Shown here piece by piece: positions 28,481-29,705 of a stretch of 29,705 nucleotides of DNA. The notes under the pieces are model-generated. The model had not been told where the DNA came from. It did not search any database and saw only the letters and a list, made by a program, of their open reading frames with translations. The stretch's first letter is position 1; the number at the start of each line of letters is the position of its first letter. A program made the translations under genes and the position numbers. The stretch comes from a virus (taxonomy: Duplodnaviria > Caudoviricetes). The stretch is taken from positions 1 to 29,705 of the IMG/VR virus record IMGVR_UViG_3300020045_000177; one strand, given 5' to 3'.

Positions 28481-28488
28481 TTTATTCC

Positions 28489-29079
28489 TTATTCTTTAAG
28501 TTCGTAGGAACCATCTTCAGTTTGGATAAGAGTCTCACCTTCAATAATCTCAGAAACCTCTGAGGAAATCTTTGGTGGTTCGATTTTACCTGTGACAAAT
28601 AGCTCGAACTGCTTGGCAAGATTCGCAAGATTCGCTGCTGTTGATGATTGTTCTGTAATTTTTGTGGGTTGTTTTCGGATCAGTTGGCGCTTGTCCATTA
28701 AGGAACTAAAGGCGATATTTGCATCGCGGAGCTTGACAGGGGTCTGTCTAATTTTACCAGTACGTTGATCATAGATATACTCACCATTTTCGAGGCGGTC
28801 CATGACGACGTCTAGTGATTTATCTAGGATCTTAGTGAGTCTAGCATCCATCTGCTGAGAATCTTCAGACTGGATATCATCGGCAATCTCTTTCCACCAT
28901 TTGGCAGTGCGCCAAGTGCGGACAGTCTCATGTGGAACGTTAAGCTCGATGGCGACTTTTGTCAGAGACAGACCCGTTAACCACAGGCAAACCGCTTCGT
29001 GTTTCTTCTTCTCTGACCAATGGCCCGGTTGATACGGCTTAGTTTTCTTTTCCCGCACATAGACCATACGTCCCATCAT
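28489..29079 (-). CDS. terS: Terminase small subunit (HTH)
   Basis: First gene of the late operon, RBS AAGGAG. HTH SLTKVAIELNVPHETVRTWRTAKWW followed by a helical oligomerisation-like region. Confidence 0.7.
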   Translation of the reverse strand: MMGRMVYVREKKTKPYQPGHWSEKKKHEAVCLWLTGLSLTKVAIELNVPHETVRTWRTAKWWKEIADDIQSEDSQQMDARLTKILDKSLDVVMDRLENGEYIYDQRTGKIRQTPVKLRDANIAFSSLMDKRQLIRKQPTKITEQSSTAANLANLAKQFELFVTGKIEPPKISSEVSEIIEGETLIQTEDGSYELKE

Positions 29080-29126
29080 TGTCTCCTTGGACTAATAACT
29101 AAATAAATTTCTACTGAATCAACAAC

Positions 29127-29155
29127 ATTATACCATAGATAACAGAAAATGTCAA
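29127..29155 (-). promoter_or_regulatory. Consensus sigma70 promoter reading into terS and the structural operon
   Basis: Minus strand TTGACA-ttttctgttatctaTGg(17)-TATAAT, with an extended -10 TG. Confidence 0.9.
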
Positions 29156-29229
29156 GACCTTTCTAACAACAGGGGAGGATTTCTTTTCCACACGGAGAGA
29201 AATACTTTTAACAAGAGAGTAAATAGATC

Positions 29230-29258
29230 TTGACAAAAGATATAAAGTATGATACCCT
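29230..29258 (+). promoter_or_regulatory. Divergent sigma70-like promoter
   Basis: TTGACA-aaagatataaagtaTGa(17)-TACCCT, with an extended -10 TG. Confidence 0.6.
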
Positions 29259-29480
29259 TAATATTAAATACATATATATATAGTATTAATATTATATATA
29301 GTATTTATATATATATATATTAATCTTAATATATAGACATAAATATGTCTTTTATATTTATGGATATATATTTAGATTAATTAGTTATTATGAGTATTAT
29401 AGGTTTATCATAATACGAAATAATAACTATATATGTTTTTAATTATAGTATATGTTTTTATATATAATTATATTAATTAA
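29259..29480. other. Extremely AT-rich non-coding tract, candidate origin/unwinding or packaging-related region
   Basis: (AT)n runs, direct repeat TATATGTTTTTA (29430-29441, 29449-29460), short inverted repeats; no ORF. Confidence 0.5.
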
Positions 29481-29620
29481 AGACTACGTCAGGCGAGGGG
29501 TGGTACAATCCACCACACCGAGCCACACATGTCAACTCATATAGCCCTCAGACTGTCAGGAACCCACCTAGAATCAATTATTGTGTCTCAGGGTATACAT
29601 ACCCCTACCTAAACATTCTC

Positions 29621-29705
29621 GATTGGCTTAACAGTGTAAACGATCATGTAAATAATCTAGAAACTATAGAACACACATCAGATAAGATTGAATTTACTCC
29701 TGCTG
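29621..29705. repeat. Right copy of the 85-bp perfect inverted repeat, running to the window end; start-less copy of tailspike 2 codons DWLNSVNDHVNNLETIEHTSDKIEFTPA
   Basis: Exact reverse complement of 28345-28429. Confidence 0.95.

Noticed and set aside
28345-29705. 85-bp repeat read as a diversity-generating retroelement TR/VR pair or a CRISPR element
   Set aside because: The copies are identical with no adenine-specific mismatches, are inverted, and cover the N-terminus; no reverse transcriptase, repeat-spacer array or cas gene is present.
1-29705. tRNA, rRNA, integrase/att sites, host genes
   Set aside because: None recognised; the window cannot establish a temperate or lytic lifestyle.

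Overview
The window is a ~30 kb segment of a tailed dsDNA bacteriophage genome with a short-tailed (podovirus) virion module resembling P22. The left 1.3 kb (+ strand) is the end of a nucleotide-metabolism operon: the 3' end of a class II ribonucleotide reductase, a free-standing LAGLIDADG endonuclease and a small hydrophobic ORF. It meets the late operon at a bidirectional terminator. The rest is one minus-strand late operon behind a perfect-consensus sigma70 promoter (29127-29155). Gene order is terS, tailspike 2, HNH homing endonuclease, small HNH-like protein, terL, portal, GroES-like co-chaperonin, scaffold, capsid and decoration proteins, tailspike 1, holin-like protein, P22 gp4- and gp10-like tail proteins, a needle-like protein, ejection proteins (one of 1597 aa with an HExxH motif), endolysin, and a last protein with an internal twin-arginine-like motif. 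Notable features: (i) the last 85 bp are a perfect inverted copy of the tailspike 2 anchor-coding region, flanking terS and two divergent promoters, which is either an invertible cassette or a fold-back assembly chimera; (ii) tailspike 2 keeps the P22 endorhamnosidase motifs and catalytic residues but lies inside the packaging module; (iii) both tailspikes share an N-terminal anchor motif, and a neighbouring protein has a twice-repeated Cys motif; (iv) the HNH homing endonuclease appears to have duplicated the 5' end of the gene it invaded. All family calls come from motif recognition and synteny, not database searches.
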